The position numbers and the translations under genes were made by a program. The notes under the pieces are model-generated. The model worked only from the letters and a program-made list of their open reading frames with translations. It was not told where the DNA came from and made no database searches. DNA of 64,000 bases, taken from positions 40,578,775 to 40,642,774 of the forward strand of contig NC_068984.1 of the NCBI RefSeq assembly GCF_001194135.2. The letters are read 5' to 3'. Position 1 is the stretch's first letter. Each line of letters starts with the position of its first letter. Shown in pieces: positions 36,130 to 50,739 of this stretch. This DNA comes from Octopus bimaculoides. Taxonomy: Eukaryota.

Positions 36130-36520
36130 TTGAGAGAAGTTAGCTGAAAGCAACGTCGTCGGCCTTGACCTCAGCAAATCCTTCGACCGTGTCAGGAATG
36201 CAAACTTATTAAAACTTTCCCCCCATGTATTCTACTCATCTTTCATCTCTCGGATGGGTAGCTTCTTTTCAGAACACGCCATCACAGCATGTGTTGATAG
36301 AACTCTTTCTGTCTCACTCTCAATCAGCTCGGGCGTTCTCTGGGGTTCGTTTTTACTCCCCACTCTCTTCGTTCTACATCTCAAAACCAACTCACTACTG
36401 TTTATCAGAGTTGACTGGTCTTGTCCCTTCTCCAGTTAGGAACTCTTACCCACCCCTGTTCCCATTATTATGTCTAACATCCAGGCTCCGCACCAACTGC
36501 TATTCCCACTCCTTCCTTCT
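36130..36520 (+). mobile_element. L2/Jockey-like LINE RT relic with internal deletions
   Basis: VVGLDLSKSFDRV..NLLKL (LD.SKAFD.V), ISSGVLWGSFLLPTLF (SGVPQGS.L.PTLF) and SELTGLVPSP..RTNCYSHSF. Confidence 0.78.
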
Positions 36521-37804
36521 CCTTCTTGCTCTTTTTTTTTCTATCAAACGTTGACTTGTGACTGTTTAAAAGGATATCATTGTTAGATTCCATGGAAATC
36601 TTCAGCGCGTCATGTGTGTATACATCGAAAGCCAGTTAATTCAATTTATTTTAGAGCTTTTAAATGATTGCTTTTCTTTTTGTTTATTAATGATATATAC
36701 AAATTTTTTTTTTCTAGATTCAAAAGGTTATTTTTATTTGTCGGCGCCGAATTACTAGCACTGTAGATGATACTAATAGTGGCATCAACGCTAACTAATG
36801 AAAGAAACGCATTCTTTTATTGGTGTCAGAGTTGTACGGAGTTCAGCTCAATATTCCCTTTTAAGCAGTGTACGTGTGCAGGCATATATGATTTGCAACC
36901 AGACTACAAAGGAAATTTTAAAAGACAAAAAAAAAACATTCCACAGAAACATGCAAAAGAAAAGGAACAATACAGGTTCGAAACAAATTCATGATTGATA
37001 AGCTCCGTGCGTCTTCAAAACAATAAGATACTTGGCACAATGCAAAAACACTTTTTCTAATGAATACCAATGTAGTTGGTATCTCAGATACACGTCAACA
37101 CTTCTTAATCGTTTTAGGTTTCCACAAAAAAGTCAATGCATATGTAGTTATTGCACTTTATAACATTTCTGCGCATACAGATCATTAAATATTAGAGCGA
37201 ACATTGATTCAGCGCAACAGCTCTGGTCTCTAACTAGCAACAGAATATCATCTCCATATGAGAACATTCTGTGATGAAAAAAAGTGCCTTTTATGTTTTC
37301 TTTCACTTTTCTTTTACATTGTTGCGGTGCCAATTCGATAGAATATTATCAAAAAACTGAGACGTTGCAGAAACTGAAAAATGTGATGACATGTCAAAAT
37401 TTATGAAAGGATTTGAGTTATTGCGGTAATAATTTAGATTTTCCAGACTATTAATTCATTTTCCTTTTGTATTTGTCTGAGTAACATTATGTTTTGATCT
37501 TAACTATTGTGCAAATTTTAACGGCATCTTTTTCATCTGTTTTCCACATTGTGTTAGAAACGATTTTAACCCAACCAAGGAAAGTGTATAGCAGCAGGAA
37601 GAGGCTATCATAAGAGGAGTCAAGTAACTAGGTTACTCCTGCAACAAATGAGTTTTTTTTATCTTTCATATTTTTTCTTCAGCATTGTACTGAGTCCATG
37701 TTGGAGCATTACATTTCAAGCTTTTAGCCTATATTGATCACAGTACATGTGTGATACATATTTTATCGATCTCGTCATAAACGAAAAGAATAACTCGATC
37801 GAAC

Positions 37805-38440
37805 GCAAATGCCACCAGGGAACACTTATGTGAAACCATCTATCTTAGTTGGAGGAGCAGCAATGAAAGTGATAGACAAGTTTGTCTACCTGGGTCGCCC
37901 ACTCTGCCAATATCGCTCCTTGAATGACGAAGTATCTTTAAGGCTTCAGAAAGCACTGATTTCTTTAGTACTCTTGAGTCAGGTGTCTGGTCCCAACATG
38001 GCATCACGAGGCGAACAAAAGTTACTGTGTATTGTGCGTGTGCGCTTACGTCGCTCCTTTACTCGTGTAAGGGTCCTCGAAGCTTCCATCAGAAATATGA
38101 GACATTCTGAATGCTAGTCCTTGTGGACTCCAGACACAGAAGTTCTGAGAGGAGCCGACATCCTGAGCATTGAAACTATGGTACACAAGAACTGATTACG
38201 CTGAACTGGGCACCTTGTTCAGAGGAGTGATCAGAAGATCTTTAACAGATATTATATAGGAAACTTGTTTGTGGAAAGCGACCCCAGCAGAGATCAAGAC
38301 TACGGCTTAAGAATTGTATACAGTCTTCATTGAAGACATAAGAGATATGGAAGGTCAACTGGGAAAGCAATGTTTGTCATCGCCACCAATGCAGGAAATG
38401 AATATTTTTGAAAAGATACTCATTTTGCACGCTGAACTTC
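37805..38440 (+). mobile_element. RTE/BovB-like LINE 3' relic
   Basis: IDKFVYLG..LNDEVSLRLQKA, then DTEVLRRADILSIETMVHKN*LR*TGHLVQRSD..GKRPQQR; typical RTE post-RT region. Confidence 0.85.
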
Positions 38441-39078
38441 AGCGAGCTTCTAGAAAACGCACTGCTTTAGCTTCAAGAAAGTAAGACATGTTATAATAAG
38501 AATTGGGTTAATTGTTATTAATTGTTATAATAGGAATTCAACAAGCAATCGTTAATGGAGCAGTGTTTCTACTAATACTAGTAAGCTTTGTGTTATATTT
38601 TTTCTTCATATCAACGAATTGCCATGAAATATACCCAACTATTGGGCTCAGTGTGCTTCAGCAACACAGTGCGGCCATTGAGATGACAGATGAAGCTCGA
38701 CTGTCAGTGTTGAACCACATTCCAAATGAAATGGGAATGGTTCTGCCAAACTTCCCCAAGCACAGCTCTCGTGGTTAAGTTATCTCCAAAAGTTTCAAAC
38801 CTTAAGCTATTCTGATACTTCAACTCGAACTGCAACATTGAACTTTTATTGAAACGAGAACCACAATAATGGAGGGATTAAAACGGGATCAACTCGGCCA
38901 ACCGCGCCTTTGTATACACATAGACGCATACACACACGCACACACTGAAGCATACAGTTTTTAGGTATAAATTCTCCCGACACATCAACAGAAATACATA
39001 TTCATGCAAACACACACACACGCACACACACACATATGTACAGCTGCACATGCATACACGTACATTCATTAACACATA

Positions 39079-39296
39079 CGAGGGGGTGCTGCAAAAGTTT
39101 CTTGCTTTGGATAAAAGAAAATACAGGAGGATCAGTTAATTGTGATTTTATTCAACACATTCCCCTCAGAGATACACACATTTATTGCAGTGGTCCTTCA
39201 ATTTTTCTAAGCCCTGTAAAAGAACTTGGAAGGTTGGACGTCCAGTCAGGCCTTTCGCGATACCCTTAAAGTGAGGAACTTTTCAGCACCCCCTCG
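39079..39296 (-). mobile_element. Mariner-derived MITE (218 bp) with TA TSD
   Basis: TIRs CGAGGGGGTGCTGCAAAAGTT / AACTTTTCAGCACCCCCTCG flanked by TA. The minus strand keeps the transposase C-terminus GLEKLKDHCNKCVYL*GECVE*. Confidence 0.93.
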
Positions 39297-40998
39297 TACA
39301 TTACAGGCAGAGAATACATATTCATGGAGTTACTTACTCACACATGCGTACACAGATACGTTCGTGCAAAGACACGTACCTACACACACACATACATACG
39401 CATGCACACACATATATACACATACACACACACACAACACACACACAACCATACACGCATAAATACTTAGACATTTGCAAAAACAGACCTGGGGACATAT
39501 ACATCCCCCACACACTGAGGTATATTCATACATACACACATACACACACGTGCAGCATACACAAACACTCGCACACTCACAACGGACACATACGCAGGTA
39601 TGTTAGCACGTACACAGCATGCTCCCATACATAGACACATGCACAAACACACACACACGCTCACATACATAGACACTACAGACGTGAACACACGCACACA
39701 ATTATATACATACACTGACGCGTAAACATGTATACACGTAGATACGGATATATATCCATACACAAACATATGCACATGCATATACACAACGCACATAATC
39801 ACACACGCACACACTCTCAAATACACACATTCACACACATATAAATACATACGTATACACAGAAACAGACCCAACTACATTCACATATTCCAATATACAT
39901 CGCACAAACACTTACACACAACACCTAGGTACATATACATACTCACATACATACACACACATACAAGCGCATACAATATATAGACAGACAGACTCAGGTG
40001 CATATATATACCCACAGACATTATACACATACACACACGCAAACAAATACATACATACACACCTATTAGAGTTAGATTACGTCGGCAACCAGCAAGTATT
40101 ATAAGGTAATCAAATGAAAATGTGGTCAAAGACACAAAGGCATGAATATCTGTTAAGGAAGAAATAATCAAAGCAAAAGCAAAATAAGAAAACAAACAAA
40201 CAACAAAATCGACCGAAAACAAAAATAAAATGTACCCCAAACATTACAGTTTGTGGAAAATTATTATTAAAGAGAGTAAAAAGAAAATGGCGAGACTGTT
40301 TGATAGAAAAATTGTGAAAGGAATGAAATGAAATTATGTAAGAGTGAACTAAAAGAGCAAACCAGAGAGACAGTGAGAAATGTGTGAAAAAGAAAAAGAG
40401 AGCAATGTGATGGTGCAATTGTATAGTGTTAAAGGTGGAAAAGGTTAGAGTGTGTATGAGGATGAGAGAGAGCGACAGAGAGAGAGAGAAAGGGAGGAGC
40501 AGAAAGCAAAAAGAGAGGAGGAGGAGGAGGAGGAGGAGGAGGAGAAAGAGGAGGAGGAGAATGGCAGAGAGAAAGAAAAAGAGAACGAGAGGGGAGCAGA
40601 AGTGGAAAAAGAGAGAGAAATATACAGGAGAGTAAGGCCTACTCTTGTCGCTTTGTAATATGAGATTTACCTCTGTTTTTGTTACGTAATATTCAACAAA
40701 TATAAAATTACACTGTCCGCCTTTCCACACACACAAACATACAAACAACATGTGCAGCAAACACATTGGTTAAAACACATAGTTGTTAAATGAAAGTTTA
40801 ATTTAATTTATACATACGCTCGCGAACACATGCGTCTATACATACTTATTACAAATGCCTTACATACCCTTCTTCTCCCTTTCTGTTGCCTCTCAGTATT
40901 TCTCTTTCTCTCTCTCTTTCTCTCTCTCTCTTTCTCTCTCTCTCTTTCTCCACACACATATATATGCATATATATATATGAATATATATATGTATGTA

Positions 40999-41047
<49 letters not shown>

Positions 41048-41226
41048 NNNNNNNNNNNNNNNNNNNNNNNNNNNNNNNNNNNNNNNNNNNNNNNNNNNNN
41101 NNNNNNNNNNNNNNNNNNNNNNNNNNNNNNNNNNNNNNNNNNNNNNNNNNNNNNNNNNNNNNNNNNNNNNNNNNNNNNNNNNNNNNNNNNNNNNNNNNNN
41201 NNNNNNNNNNNNNNNNNNNNNNNNNN

Positions 41227-41285
<59 letters not shown>

Positions 41286-41360
41286 GTACACACACACACA
41301 CACACATGTACATGTAATATGTATACACATATAAATATATATATTTTTTCTGGCTGTCTG

Positions 41361-41439
<79 letters not shown>

Positions 41440-42194
41440 ATGTGTGTGTGTGTGTGTGTGTGTGTCTGTGTCTGTGTGTGTGCGTATATATTGACACATG
41501 TGCATATGTTCGTATGTATGTGAGTTGCAAGGGGAGAGCAATTAAAAACGAAAAACAAGAAAAACAGAAGCTAAATATATAAGCAAATATAGAAAAAGGG
41601 AGAGAGACAGAGAAAAGAGAGAGAGAAACTGTGACAGAAACACAGCATTATAAACAGGAAGGGAAGGCCATACTCTTTGCCTGTCTCTCTGTATATTAGT
41701 CTGACGGACGGAGTAAAGAGGAATGGGTAAGCTAAGCATGGGTTTTAATAGCAGTGTTATCTCCGCTTCTCGGATAATTTCAACTTGAAGAATTAATTTT
41801 TCTGTTGCACCCACTGTCAGCGTTGACTGCTGCAACAAAAGGCATACATGCAATACAAAGAAATCAAGACAGGTTAACGGATAGCGAGAGCTATATATAT
41901 AGTTCCAAAGGTTTGGGTGTTTGAAAGATAACGCATGAAGCCGTTGGGCTAATATTGATTGAAAAGCTATACTGGGCACGTGTTATTTCGATTACGGACG
42001 CTGGCGTTCGCTCCAGGCTTTTGTTGATAAATTCAGCTGAGAACATTGGTGAGACCGAGCGGCACACCGTCATCAAGAGATGGCTATCCCACTTCTTTTT
42101 CTTCTCCATAAAACAAGTGTAATTAACACTTACGTAAAAGATAACTCTATCTCGGCATAACTGCATTACACACACACACACACANNNNNNNNNN

Positions 42195-42242
<48 letters not shown>

Positions 42243-42899
42243 CTCCATCTGTCCAACATTGATAATGGTATGCATTGTCACAACGCAAGCCTGGACAGGT
42301 TTAGCATTCATACTGCTTTTTATTTGATTCAGCACAAAAGCACTACAATTTTTGGAATGACGAAATAAGAGGTGTCGTGATATTTATAACTTTTCATCTC
42401 TCAATCACAATTATCAATAAATGGAAGGTATATGTCTTCAAGCAAGAATCGAAACAGGCTCACGAAATTGACTCACAGAGAATGTACCTGTTACTGTGCA
42501 GTGACAACCACAGAATTATCATTAACATTATTTTCTTATTTTGACATCTTGCCAAAATATATGTTCGGTTAAAGAAATAAATTGATGTTGTACATGTCCA
42601 TTATTTATTTTATCTCTGTCATGTTAATGGAAGGCAGGGTACGTTGGGAATCGTACCAATATCACCATCAAATTACAACCTATCTCTTAAAATGAAGACA
42701 CATTAGGCAGTATACTCCCAGATACACTGGGATGGATAGCCAGTTCGGGACCCCTAGATAATGTACGTAAAAACATTACAGTATCACAAATCACTGAATG
42801 TAGATGGCTGTTTTTATTGACAAATAAAACGTTATCTCACTCTTAATTGCACATATATATGCAACTTTACCTACCACTTAGAGAATTGATTGTTGCAAT

Positions 42900-42974
<75 letters not shown>

Positions 42975-43189
42975 GTCATAGACACACACACGCTCCCATA
43001 CGCGCACACAGACCCACATAATTTTAAGCTCGCCCACACATACATTCACCCGCGCTCGCCCCATTCATACATACACACTTACACACACTATTCTTACATA
43101 CACACATGCGCTTGCGCACCCTAGTTCAGCCGGATCACTCTTATTACCTCCCTTTCACTCAACCTCTTTCTTCCTGTCATTTCATCATG

Positions 43190-43395
43190 TTGAACCGTTA
43201 ACCCCTACAAATTCTTTTCTCACTCCGTTTTTTTTTCGTTCTCTCTCCAATTTTTTTTTCCACCTCAACCTTTTTAGTCGAAGTGCATAAGCTCGAAATG
43301 TCAAAAACTTTTCCATTCTTCCCGAGTGTCAAACAACATACTTGCTTGTTGTTCCCTCACCTGTCTTCGTCTTTTGTTTTCTGTAAATTTGAACT
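43190..43395 (+). mobile_element. Second copy of the hammerhead-like short repeat
   Basis: Homologous to 33228-33455; runs into (TG)n. Confidence 0.6.
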
Positions 43396-43834
43396 GTGTG
43401 TGTGTGTGTGTGTGTGTATGGTTTTAACTCACGTTTTGCATGAACTCCTGTAATCTTGCATGGGCACCGGACTTGCTACCTATAGTCTATGGTATCGTGC
43501 TATTTGCTCACTTCAACTATTTAGTACTTTTCCGAGAATGCTGGTCATGCGAAGGAGGCAAATTTTTTGCAGCAGGTCTATTGGACACTTTATATCCATC
43601 TTCTTTTTGTTTCTCTCATTATCTTTTGATAATGTCCCCCAGGTCCCAATAATAATTGGCACTATCTTCCATTTTTTAATTTTCTACAGTTAGACTATCT
43701 TGTATGTAAGAGGGTTAAAACCAAATCCAGCAATTGGCATGGTTGACACCCTCTCTAATAGCAGCTGCCTATATATATGTATGTGTGTGCGTATGAGTAT
43801 ATATATATGTGTGTGCCTGCGCGCGTGTGTGTGT

Positions 43835-44137
43835 GTGATGGACTTTCCCGTCGAAGACGACGGTTGAGTGTTCAGTTCCTTTGCTGAGTGAGCTGCACAA
43901 ATGGTTTGTTAAAAGTGATCAAATGTGTGTGCTGTAGATTAGCTCACTCTCTCTATCAAATCCGCATTGTCTGTACACGTGCACAAGTGTGTCTCAAGTC
44001 AGATGTCGAAATGATCGCAGGGTAACGTGAAATGAAGTGTTTTACGCAAGAACTCAAAGCGCCGCTCGGTCTGTGAATCGAACCCACAATCTAGCGATCA
44101 TGGGTGCTACACCCAAACCATTAGGCTACGCGCTTTC
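43835..44137 (-). mobile_element. SINE with family A head and different body (family G)
   Basis: Head matches family A (GGGTGTAGCACCCATGATCGCTAGATTGTGGGTTCGATTC..GAGTTCTTGCG..CACTTCATTTCACG); the tail resembles family B (GGAACTGAAC..CGTCGTCTTCGACGG). Confidence 0.65.
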
Positions 44138-44546
44138 GCGCGCGCTTACACACGCAAACACACATGCACACACACACATATGTATATGATAAGAAGAAAA
44201 GAAGGGATGAAAAAATCCAGACAGATATCAACAAAGTACTCAGTTTGAAACGAATTTGTTTAATTATATCAAACAATCAGAGACCAATAAAAGGAATTAG
44301 AATGCACATCCTCATGTATGACAAGTAGATCCAAATATCATTTAGAAGAATTTAAAGAAATTCAGAGTATTAGACAACAAAAATACGGATATAGAAAAAT
44401 TACATGGTATTGTTGAATTCACCTTACAAAGCCGACAATCGTTTCTGTTGTATCAACATATTTATAAACAGAAAATATCATTCAAATTCATATATCCGAA
44501 AATACATGTTAACACAACGTTTTCAAGGCGATCCAAAATATGTATA

Positions 44547-44604
<58 letters not shown>

Positions 44605-45115
44605 AAGATCAGATAGTCATGACAAGGATGAATTTGATCATAGCCTGTTCAACGAAAATTGACCCGAGGTTAACAGTTTAGTCACTGTTGTGAATTTTTG
44701 TTAAAACTTTGAATGAAGACGCCAACTTCACTGATTGAAAAGGAGATGTATCAAGTTGTGCCCCAAAGGTCACAATTTTTGTTGTAATATTTTACTTCCT
44801 TCCTTATGTTTTTTTTTGTCTGTCTGTCGAAATTATGACGTCAGCAACACCTACTATCAGATTCAGCGAGAAGGTAGAAGGAATAATGACTCATCATAAG
44901 CAACTTCATCAAAGAACATTTGCACAAGAGCATCAATAACAAGTATGGTAAGGCAATGGTAGCAGTAACAAGGACAGTGAGAACACCAACACAGACAACG
45001 GCTCCAACTGTAGCAGCATCAACAACACAACAACAGCAGCAATATCAGTGACAACAGTAGCAACAACGACAAAGTACATAGTAGACGCGACAGCACAGGC
45101 AGGCAATCTTTTGAT

Positions 45116-45504
45116 GGTTGTTGTTGGCACTCCGTCGCTTACGACGTCGAGGGTTCCAGTTGATCTGATCAACGGAACAGCCTGCTCGTGAAATTAACGT
45201 GCAAGTGGTTGAGCTCTACACAGACACGTGTACTCTTAACGTAGTTCTTGGGGATATTCAGCATGACACAAAGTGTGAAAAAGGCTGGCCCTTTGAATTA
45301 CAGGCACAACAGAAACAGGAAGTAAGAGTGAGAGAAAGTTGTGGTGAAAGAATACAGCAGGGTTCGGCACCATCCCCTGCCGGAGCCTCGTGGAGCTTTA
45401 GATGTTTTCGCTCAATAAACACTCACAATGCCCGGTCTGGGAATCGAAACCGCGATCCTATGACCGCGAGTCCGCTGCCCTAACCACTGGGCCATTGCGC
45501 CTCC
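45116..45504 (-). mobile_element. SINE family B, full length with TSD
   Basis: Reverse complement of 24564-24946; CTTTTGAT direct repeat at 45108-45115 and 45505-45512. Confidence 0.94.
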
Positions 45505-45559
45505 CTTTTGATCGTGTGGTGATAAAATGAACACAATACTTTGCACTCTATCAAAAATA

Positions 45560-46130
45560 CAAGGAGGTATGTCTGACATAGGAAGCACAACTTTTGAAGG
45601 TTAATGGGAGGAGATCACAAGTTGCAATTCTAACCAAACTTTTGGCAGAAACTACCCAAAAGGAGGCGCTGTATCGTTGTGTGTCGGCTAAAGCTAGACA
45701 CATAGAAGCAGCAATAAACATCCAATTGGAAAGAGCCTTCAAGCCATTTGCCTTGCTGTTCTTTCTATTCTTGAGTTTTGTCATTGTACGGTGACTAATT
45801 CGATATTTCTGACCGGAGGCGATATTCTTTCTTCTATATACATAACATTGGTTTTCAAAATCAGCATCGCAACACTGATTGCGTTTTCTGTATTTTATAA
45901 ACCTCTGCTTCCTTCCCTTGGTAAACAGAACCTTTAGAGTGGTGGGCAAAACTTTTAGAAAGAACGAAAAGTGCATAATCTGTTTGGAAGTGCTGGATAT
46001 TCACCGTTGATATGCGGGTATCAAGTTCATCAAATAGTTCCTTGCCTGGCATGAAACATACCCCTGTTTCTCTAAGTTGTTTTTGTTTTATTCAACAGGC
46101 GAGGACGCACAGCGAGATGATCATTGCAAG
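45560..46130 (-). mobile_element. Possible R4-like LINE relic (post-RT/zinc-knuckle region)
   Basis: Minus peptides KEQQGKWLE and SMCLALADTQRY resemble ..K..QGKW.. and C.C..LA...Y in RLE elements; decayed. Confidence 0.33.
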
Positions 46131-46138
46131 TCTTCCCA

Positions 46139-46204
46139 CACTGGTTTGATTGATGCACTGGTTTGATTGATGCACTGGTTTGATTGATGCACTGGTTTGA
46201 TTGA
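46139..46204 (+). repeat. 17-bp tandem repeat (CACTGGTTTGATTGATG x3.9)
   Basis: Three perfect units plus a partial fourth. Confidence 0.95.
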
Positions 46205-46310
46205 GGCTGACCTTCAATAGGTTGACGTACGTCTTCAGTGAAAGCATAGGCATGGAGGAAGATCTCGAAGTTTGCAGCTCTAGGAAAGAATGTCAACAGA
46301 GGAGATTGTC

Positions 46311-46451
<141 letters not shown>

Positions 46452-46767
46452 AAGGCAAACAGACAGACAAACAGACAAAGAGACAGAAAGAAAGAGATTG
46501 GTAAGAGTACTAGTTGAAGTTCTTGCCAAGAGCAAAGTCATAACCAGTGAGTCAAAAACCAGTGAGTCAAACTTTTCAAATAATTCTTAACTTTAAACCA
46601 AAAACATTCGCTTAACATTTAATCCGCTCAATAAATTTCGAATTTTCTTAAACAGAAATAAATATTTATTTAAATTATAGGTTTACTTCATTCTTCAAAT
46701 AAAAAATAGTAAGCAACATAAATCTTCTGAATGTTTTACCTTTAAATCTGAATTGTTAAAGTTTTTG

Positions 46768-46980
<213 letters not shown>

Positions 46981-47403
46981 TGATAAATCTTGCAACATAA
47001 TGTGAAATGAATTATTTTAAATTTTCTACTTTGTCGAGATTCAAAACTTACTCCACACTGCACATGTATTCATACATAATCATCATCCATCCATCGATAC
47101 ATACATACATACATACATACATACATACATACATACGTACGTACATATGTAGGCACGTACGCACGTAGGTACGTATGAATGTATTATCTATGTATGTACG
47201 TATGCATGTATGTGTGCATGCATGTNNNNNNNNNNNNNNNNNNNNNNNNNNNNNNNNNNNNNNNNNNNNNNNNNNNNNNNNNNNNNNNNNNNNNNNNNNN
47301 NNNNNNNNNNNNNNNNNNNNNNNNNNNNNNNNNNNNNNNNNNNNNNNNNNATATATATATATATATACATACATATATGTATCTATATGTATGTATTTAT
47401 CTA

Positions 47404-47454
<51 letters not shown>

Positions 47455-48959
47455 ATATAATATGTACAGATTCATGCACATACATGCTCGCTAAAAATAA
47501 ATACCCAAGTACATACATACTAGCAGAACAACAAACCGACAGACTGACAGAGTGAGGGATATATACATATGCGCTCTTTAATATACATATATATCTAAAA
47601 AGTGTGGAAACAAAACAAAACAAAAAGAATTCAAAGATGTAACTTTATTTCCCAGGGCAAAATATTCCATCAACTAAAACATTCCACTTTGATCTCTCAA
47701 AGAACCGAATGCCAATCTGTGCAACATGATCAAATTGAAAACGCTAGATCATCTTAAATATTTAACGATTCTCAAAATCAAACGTTAAGCATGGGAGTCT
47801 AAAAGCAGCTAACATCATTACACTTCTGGTAATGGCATTAAAATAAATATATAAATTATACATGACATACTCACACACGCACACATATGTGTATATACAT
47901 CTATACAAGTATATATATATATATATATTGTTTATTAATTTATTTATTTATTCTAATCCCATTACAACACGTACGTATATGTACGTGCATGTGTACATAT
48001 TCATGTATACAAGAGAATCATTAGTTTGGGTTACTCTTAGACCCTCATCTAATTCACCTTTTGAGCAACATTGGAGTAAAAATATAACTTTATTGAAGGG
48101 TGGCCTTATATATATNNNNNNNNNNNNNNNNNNNNNNNNNNNNNNNNNNNNNNNNNNNNNNNNNNNNNNNNNNNNNNNNNNNNNNNNNNNNNNNNNNNNN
48201 NNNNNNNNNNNNNNNNNNNNNNNNNNNNNNNNNNNNNNNNNNNNNNNNNNNNNNNNNNNNNNNNNNNNNNNNNNNNNNNNNNNNNNNNNNNNNNNNNNNN
48301 NNNNNNNNNNNNNNNNNNNNNNNNNNNNNNTATATACACATATATATATATTATATGTATTATATATTGCATGTACATATGTGTGTATGAGTATGTGTGT
48401 GTGTATGTGCGTGTGTATGTGTGTGTAGGTTGTATTTTGCGCAATCAACACTTTTGGGAAAATAAGATGAATTTTATGTAGTTAGCCCATAGTTTATAAT
48501 ATCTAAGTTGCGGAAAGTAAATAAATATAAAATGTAACTTGTGAGTTTCTCCTCCCAAAGAAAAATAAGGAGAATATTATAATTTGTTAGTCATTCGTCA
48601 GCGCTTCGTATAGTTTTACTACTGTGCTTAGGAATGGCACTTGATAGTAATCGATATTTAGATCAGACACAATTAGAAGCAGGTCGAAGTGGCTAGACTA
48701 ATTTGCATAATGTGCATTCACTTTTTGTTCATACTTCCATCTATCACGTGGTACCAATCTGATGTAATAGCTGCTATATACATATATGTCTTTGTCAATC
48801 TGAAACATGAATCATCTCGAGGAAAAACAAATATGTAACACACACGTATTATACTTTATTATATAAAACCTGTCTATATTTCCAAATGTCAATACAAAAT
48901 CACATACATATATATACGCACGATGGGCTTCCACACAGTTTCTATCAACAAAATTCGCT

Positions 48960-49810
48960 CATCGTAACTGTTGAGGAACTAGCAGAGAAGCGTTGATTTG
49001 GTCATTTAACCGTTCATCGACAGCTACATGCCATCGGAAAAGTCAGCAAATTGGGTCAATGTGTTCCTCACAAACTTACCGAGTTTAATCGCACTCAGAG
49101 AGTGAATGTGTGCTCTTCTTTGCTGCCACGTCTCACGAATGAACCATTTTTTGGACAGAATATTGACTGGTGACGAGAAATGGGGTCTCTATAAAAATGT
49201 CAAGCGGCGAAGACAGTGGGTAGGGAAAGGAGAAACACCGGCACCTCAGGCTAAAGAAGGTCTTCACCCACGTAAGGCGCTGTTATCAGTTTGGTGGGAT
49301 ATGAAAGGTTTAGTCCACTTTGAACTTTTGAACCGAAACCAAACGAAAACAAAGATCTAATACGAGCAGCTTGAGCAGCTTAAGTCAGCGCTAGAAGTAA
49401 AAAATAACCATGTATGATTTCAAGTCGAAAGGTATTCTTCCATCAGGATAATGCTCAGCCACATACAACGAGGATGACATTCCAAAGGCCGGAGCAGTTT
49501 GAATGGGAAAAGATACCCCACCCACCATATTCGCCGGACATTGCCTCATCTGATTATCATTTTATTTTGCAGTCTTCAAAATCATTTGGGCAGAAAAAAT
49601 ATGAATTCTGTAGACGAGGTCAGAACAGTACTGGAGGAGTATTTTTCGTCACGGACAAGTAAATTTTGGAAGAGGGGCCTTGCAAGTCTATCAGATAGAT
49701 GGAAGAGCATTGTAGAAAATGAAGGAGAGTATATTTTAGATTAAAAAAGAACTTTATCTTGATTTTGAAAAATGAAAGAAGTATAAAAAGATCGCATTAT
49801 TTATGGCATG

Positions 49811-49815
<5 letters not shown>
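48960..49815 (+). mobile_element. Mariner (DD34D) transposase pseudogene with right TIR
   Basis: FLDRILTGDEKW..LLSVWWDMKGLVHFELL, FFHQDNAQPH..PHPPYSPDIASSDY (34 residues between the last two Asp) and GEYILD* with stop at 49742-49744. TIR ends GCATTATTTATGGCATGACCCT followed by TA. Confidence 0.93.
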
Positions 49816-49883
<68 letters not shown>

Positions 49884-50399
49884 TCAACGTGTCATTTCAT
49901 GTGTTTCTTTTTGCGCTCCCACCAAAAAAGACTGTCCTGAGATATGTATAGAGACTCCCTTTGCTATTGAATACTTACACAAATATCAACACAAGGAATA
50001 TTTGTAGTGCATTCCTATAAAAACTCTCAAAATGTCTCCCAAATGTAAACCCAACAGGCCGTATATAGTTGTTTATAATTGATCTCTATCAATTGCCGAA
50101 AGACAAAAGTCTTACACAGGTGAAAATCAATTCAAACCCATAAATCTTGTTGGACAAAATATTGAATTTTAATCCTTTTACATACTTTGGCAGCATTGGT
50201 AAAGATGGAAAATCATAAATTGATGTAAAGACTAAACTTGGCGAAATAATTAGTTTTCCATCGATTGCGGCCAATATGGTCTTGCTGTTAAACTCACCAA
50301 GGCATTAAACTTCATCTATACACAGTTTTTGTCGTCTTTTCAGTATTGTATGCAAGCGGAACATGGAGGCAGGCGGGGGAGGGGGCAGGTTTTGCAATA

Positions 50400-50725
50400 T
50401 GATGAATGTTTTCCCTCGCTAGTACCTAAGAAATATCACGAAAAATCACCTGATGTGACATCACAAACGATGAAACCATGAGAGGAGCAGGCGAAGGAAA
50501 CTACTTAGCCATGTATTACAGGAAGACTGGCAAAGACAACCGTCGGGCGGAACAGTTGAAATGGGAAGGGGAGAGAGAAGCAGACCGGTGAAGACGTAAC
50601 AAAAACTGTGCGAAAAGCCTTGACCCAGATGGGTCACACCTGGGGAGCTGGGTGCAGTTTAACCCCGAATGGTTCCGCATGGAGACCTCTCATCACCCGA
50701 TACCCGTTGAACGAACGGAGATAAC
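50400..50725 (+). mobile_element. RTE-clade LINE extreme 3' coding relic
   Basis: RRRKLLSHVLQ.. (RR.WLGHVLR), GERSRP.. (GRR.RGRP), LTQMGHTWG and AWRPLIT. Confidence 0.65.
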
Positions 50726-50739
50726 ATCATCATATATTT

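Noticed and set aside
38512-38778. 88-aa ORF with hydrophobic N-terminus
   Set aside because: The TTG start lies in an AT-rich low-complexity stretch and there is no recognisable homology; the region is kept only as a non-coding candidate.
46139-46204. CRISPR-like array
   Set aside because: The units are contiguous without unique spacers, the context is eukaryotic and no cas genes are present.
46218-46245. Minus-strand CTGAAGA box
   Set aside because: It is followed by GAAG rather than GAAA and has no supporting stems.
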